Assembly: GCA_037379345.1 (NCBI GenBank)
Contig: CM074518.1
Coordinates: 15,686,001 to 15,750,000, forward strand
Source of the DNA: Perna viridis
Lineage: Eukaryota
Direction: 5' to 3'
Length of the DNA: 64,000 nt
A program made the translations under genes and the position numbers. Below, one piece after another: positions 58,606 to 64,000 of the stretch. The number at the start of each line of letters is the position of its first letter. Position 1 is the first letter of the stretch. The notes under the pieces are model-generated. The model was not told where the DNA came from and ran no database searches. It saw nothing but the letters and a program-made list of their open reading frames with translations.

Positions 58606-60130
58606 CTTGTTAATAATATGTTAATATATATATAATTTTATATTAGCCCTGTTATAGATTTGAGGTCTATCATATTGGTCGAGGAGGTTGTATTGATCAC
58701 GAGGCATCGCCGAGGGCCAATATGAGATTACATATGTATTGACAATTGTATTAACCAACTCAACTAGATAATTAGTAAGAGCAGTTGTTTTCGTGTTTTA
58801 CCAAGAACATGTAGGTTTATTTTGCATTAATCAGTCTTAAAGATCCTTTTGTATAAAATGGGAAATTTTTTGTGTTTCTGCAGTTTTTATCAGTCCTGGT
58901 GATCAAAGTTCATGAAATCCAATTCTAACTAAAAAATGGCGGTGTCAAACGACCGGATGTTATAATGCCGTATTGACTCTGGTTTGATCCATATTGGCCC
59001 CGTATAAATGCCCGGTTTGAATTAATATCAATTGGTCAGTTTATAACATATTTTAACGTATTTTGGGTGGTTGGTTAAAAATATAATTTATAAATGCATT
59101 TCTTTTATTATGAGCGTCACTTTTCACATAAAGTAATTGATATAAAAAAGTTTGTTTTCATTCTCTTTTTTTCAACAAGTAAAACTGATTATCTCAAAAC
59201 TTATTTAAAGATATGTTTGATTAGATTCATTTAAAACTTCATTCTGAATCATGAATGCAATGTACAAAGGGAAATAACTCTTACATGAATGCTTTGCATT
59301 ATAGTATGTGTTACCATCATCTGTATTGAATAATTTTGACTTTTTCTGTTAATATAATCGTCGCTTTTCGTAGAAGGTAATTGATATACATATGTATATA
59401 TAACAAATAAGTCAATTTAAAGTGTTTATACAGTTTTGAAACTTTATTAAAGCGATTTTAAGATGACTATAATTTATGTTTCGGCGAATATATCAAAACT
59501 ACTTGTTATTTATTTTTTTTGTTTTAAGACCTAATAATCCTAGATTAACTTTGTCAAAGTTAACTTTGTTTCAATTCAATAATGAAAAATATCTTATCAA
59601 TATTTGATCTCAGTTCATAAATATTTAATACGAGAATATTTGGTTTTGTATATATGTATATATGTATGTTAAATACGAAGGGAAAGAATTCGAATTGTTA
59701 CATATTTTTATGTCTAATTAAGTTGTTGGTATAGATATGCATAATAGATATATAGATCTTCTTTATACGTACTTTGATCTCATTATCATCACGTGTGTCA
59801 ATTAGCACAGAAAATTACTAGTTAATTTTGAAACCTTTACTCAAAGAAAGTCCTTGTATAATAAATATGTCGTCACCAAATATGTACTCTTCTGAAGGCT
59901 ATTTGAACCTTAGATTAATTAAATCAGAATATTTCCATATCTTATTACCAAAATTTTCTGTTTTCATTTCGGTATCAATTTGAAACTTAATTTTAGATTT
60001 ATGAAACTATCAGCTTTTACAAGCCTAATATTAACGTAATATTATATATGAATATGTATCTATTTATCTTAATATTATTATATTTGATATATTTTTAATT
60101 GGTTGTGTTTCATAAGCCTCTTAGATTTTA

Positions 60131-60832
60131 AATTCGACTCTACAAGTTATTGCGCAACTGAAACGTCTCTAATTTGGATAATTCGATAGATAATTTAATT
60201 TTCTACATACACAAACCACGGGAAACTCATTTTCAAGAGAGAATGTAAAAAAAAATATTAAAAAATCTTACCCCTACGCAGCCTTGAATACTGGTCTCAG
60301 TATTTAACAAAATTCTCATTCAAAGCATACCGACACAGTAAAACGCACATTTTGGGAGTTCACAATTAAGATGATGATGTAACGAATATATCTGATCAAT
60401 GTAGCCTCTTTGATTTTCTTTTTGGTGTTACAATTACTATAAAACAGTAAAAAAAGGAATTTTCAGAACATCAAAATTTCTTCTTTTATCAGTCGGTATT
60501 GCTATTTTTTTTTCAGAATACCGCAATTTAAACAAGCTTATGTATGATAAGTACATGTATGTACTGTCTTAGCTTTCAAATGAGCCAAGGTAATCAAGGT
60601 ATTTTACCCCTACCCATGAAAAAAAAAAATTACCTCAACATGAATCAAAATGTGAATTTCTAGCATATAAGTGATGTACAATAGACATGTCGGGTTTTTG
60701 TTATTGTTTTATTATTGTTTTAATTACTGATGTATTCAACATATCTGATCGTTTAGGCATATATTTTTTTCAGTTTCAGATAATACCAAATTGGAGACGT
60801 TTAAGTTGAGCAGTAACTTGTAGAGTGGAATT
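60131..60832. mobile_element. MITE-like element with about 50-bp inverted repeats and TA flanks
   Basis: AATTCGACTCTACAAGTTATTGCGCAACTGAAACGTCTCTAATTTGG versus its imperfect reverse complement ending at 60832. Confidence 0.55.
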
Positions 60833-61279
60833 TATGAGACTTTTTACTGGAAAATCGAAAATCCCATTGTTTGCATTTTTGGTTGATAAATTCTGACTAC
60901 GGAATTCATCACAAGTCATTAAAAGAGCGCCCCAGAAGTTTAAATTCAGATGATACTAATCAGTACTAATAAATAAGTCATTTTGACTGAAGTATAAATA
61001 CTCTGGGGGTTTTGACATTGAAAAATCAATTTAAACGATTTTGGGATAGGGATAAATTATTTTCATTTTACTGAAAATTCTAAAGTGTCACCGCAACTTT
61101 CTTGGTGTCATTGTAAAGCTAAGACATGTTGATGTATATTAGTATTTAGTTCTTTACAATTACTGTCCCAGGTAGACTTAGACGTTCTAATAATTGAGTC
61201 ACAAATATCTTGGCATTTTGACCAAGTGGGAAAAAATATATGCTTATACGGAATAAGAACCCGAAAATATTATTTCGTG

Positions 61280-62480
61280 ACCAATTGATTCGGTAAAAAG
61301 AGGTATAAGGTTTCTGAAAATCACCATGAAGTTGATGAATAGGAGTGGGTACATGATGGACCTTCCCAGCTCATGGACGATAACATTTTCAACAATTATT
61401 GTTAAGTCTTGAGCATATGGGCTGAGTAAGTACGCAGTTTCATTTATCTTGACACCAATGACATCGGATCATTTTTAGTGATGCCGGTATGAACTCTATT
61501 ACAAGAATGAATATGTAGGGTGTTGAAGGATCCCCCTGCCTGACATCTCATTATAAATAAAAGCATCAGACATATGACCATTGTTTGTACAGCACTTGTA
61601 AATTCAGTATAAAAGGCTTTCACCCAATTACATAATTACTGGCAAAAACCATAAAACCTAAGGGTACTTGTTATGAGAGACCATTCAATCATATCGAAAG
61701 TTTTCTCAAAGTAAATTAGCAGTAACAAATTCGGTGTATCATCTTACCCTAACGTAGCTATGAGATCAGAGATAGTCGGATACATTCCCCCATAAACCTA
61801 CCTTTTAAAAATTCCTTTTTAGCTAATTATGTTTTTGTAATACTGATTTCGATCTACTTGCTATACATATAGAAGTTTTTTTGTGGTCAAAACATAATAA
61901 AGTAATATGTAAAAAGTTTTTTTTAATGAGGTGTTTTGTATTTCTTCTCTTGTTGGGCAGGAAATAATACCTTGTCTTTGACTTATTTAAAACGTACCTG
62001 TTTCCAGACCTCTGTTCAGGCTACTTAAGAGTAAATACTTAATATCCGGTCCAGAAAAACTTATAGAATTATATACCGATTGACTTGAAATGTTTCATAT
62101 TTTTTAATGAAGTCAAACATTCTTGCAGAGAAAGCTCAATTTCACAAGATTCAATTACTTCCGGGATTAGTGACAAAAGGGTTGCTGTCATAAAAAAAGT
62201 AACGTGTGTGTAAAGTTCAATGTAGTGTTAGAATTGGTGTATAATTGTTTGTAGAAATGTTTTTTGTTTGATCCAAAATTTATTCAGGATCTCAAATAAC
62301 CTGATCATATTCAGTGACCAGTTTGAAAATAATCGTAAATTTTCCAGTAATAAAGCGTCTACTGTTTCTTCTCCTTCTACCTGCTATTTGGCTTTTGCTC
62401 TAGTAAATATTCCCTTATTCTTTCTTTCACGAAAAACCAAAAGTTCTATTTGCAGCATTTCTATTTTTGATTATAAACTG
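61280..62480 (-). mobile_element. Highly decayed L1/Tx1-like LINE RT
   Basis: Remnants FMGECIR, FEKTFDMIEW, QGDPSTPYIFILVIE. Confidence 0.7.
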
Positions 62481-63832
62481 ACTCTTTAGTGTCTGGAAAT
62501 TCATATGGATTTTTTAAATTCTTTCTTTACATAAGAGGAGAAGCAAATGACAAGAACATTAAGAAGTAGTAGAAAGTAACTACGAAGAAACGAGCACGGA
62601 TCTTCACTCAAATGAAAAAGCCATTCTGAAACTTTCAATTTGTATCATTCTATCATTGTAATATTCGATGTCGAGGATATTCAAGAACAGAGATGTAAGA
62701 CTTTTCTGACCAAGAACAAGTATATATTATAGAAAAAAGGAGCAGATATGGTAAAACGTAACAAATGCGCCATCGTATAACCTTTATAAAAATAGAAAAT
62801 ACCTCAGAGATCATCATAAGACTCAGATACTCCTTATAAGCACTATAAACTGTCAATATAAAACAAGTCGTTTACTTCTTTGAAATTAAGAAAATCAGAG
62901 CGTGCCAATGTTTTCAAGAAGCCATCAAAATTGTCTTAATACTTTATCACAATACATGATATACAATCTTCCTACCATAATGTAACATTTTTAGACTCCC
63001 TCATTTTCATTTTGTTTTCTATATTTAAATTCATTATGAGTTTCACAATCGCCTGAAGAACTGGCCTCTCTGTAAAGTTCACATATACAATTTGCTTATC
63101 ATAACCAGTTGCTGAAATTCTATCGTAAAATGTAATATGAAAAAATGGTGAAACTAAGACAAACGGAATTGTGTTGCATTGTTTAGAAAAACACAACACA
63201 CGATAGCAATTGTCATGTCTATTATAAACATTGATAAAAAATGGGAAAGTAGATCATACAATGTGCAATATAAAAGTGAACGCATTCAGATGATTTTCAT
63301 TTAGTTGGCAAGATATTTGTCTGACCTATTAAGACAGAAGAAAAAAAGTACCAAGTGCAATAACAAACTTTGCAAGAGGAAAACAATATACGGTTTAAAA
63401 AATATCGACCTTCAAGTTCAGAAATAACAGTCCATTACAACATGGTATGAAGGACGATAGTAGTAAACAGTTACAAAAAAGATTTTCTGTTTTTGAATTT
63501 TTCTCAGTAAGTTTGATGAATTTGTGAAAGAATACGCTTTGACTTTCGGAGACAACACCAAGAACACTGATCGTGCCTCAATAGCCAGGTATTTTTCTAT
63601 GACTATATCTGTTAATGTTTCTTTTTGGTTTTGTTTACAATCAAACAGCGAGCAGATTCCTTTTCAATGGTACATTATTAGTTTAACCAAGAAGGGTATT
63701 TCTATTTCGGAAAATGCGCTATTCTCATGGTGTGACGTTTACGTTAAGTAGAAATTCGGTCTATAGCGAGAAATGCATAGACATATTGATCTCATATCTT
63801 TACATTTCTTTTTTACAGCAATATACCAAGGC

Positions 63833-63963
63833 NNNNNNNNNNNNNNNNNNNNNNNNNNNNNNNNNNNNNNNNNNNNNNNNNNNNNNNNNNNNNNNNNNNN
63901 NNNNNNNNNNNNNNNNNNNNNNNNNNNNNNNNNNNNNNNNNNNNNNNNNNNNNNNNNNNNNNN
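63833..63963. other. Assembly gap
   Basis: Run of N. Confidence 1.
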
Positions 63964-64000
63964 AAAAACATTAAATTAACTAGGCACTAGGCAGTAGTTA

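Noticed and set aside
63508-63751. Possible plus-strand exon(s) KFDEFVKEYALTFG...
   Set aside because: Splice-like signals are present but no recognisable domain or partner exons, and it lies next to an assembly gap

Overview
AT-rich eukaryotic genomic DNA with spliceosomal introns. The repeat types suggest a bivalve mollusc (inference). Two intact multi-exon genes lie on the minus strand. (1) A full-length nitric oxide synthase that I assembled by hand from 24 coding exons (ATG 26501 to about 5300, roughly 1140 aa, or roughly 1190 aa with a candidate extra terminal exon at 3397-3552). Its heme, L-Arg, BH4, FMN, FAD and NADPH motifs are intact, but it has a non-canonical CX3C zinc motif, no PDZ domain, a shortened autoinhibitory insert and a GC-AG intron. 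(2) A divergent 124-aa MIF/D-dopachrome tautomerase-family gene (49833 to 38119) whose third exon lies 10.4 kb from exon 2 because intron 2 holds a stack of nested retroelements: an old LINE, a Penelope-like 3' piece, a younger LINE, a solo LTR and a Penelope-like RT fragment. The rest is transposon debris, including many copies of a Penelope-like 3' segment that folds into a conserved multi-branch RNA, several MITE-like inverted repeats, minisatellites, a helically phased palindrome array at 52.9-53.3 kb and two assembly gaps. No rRNA, tRNA or CRISPR was found. All alignments and folds were done by eye from recalled reference sequences, with no database searches.
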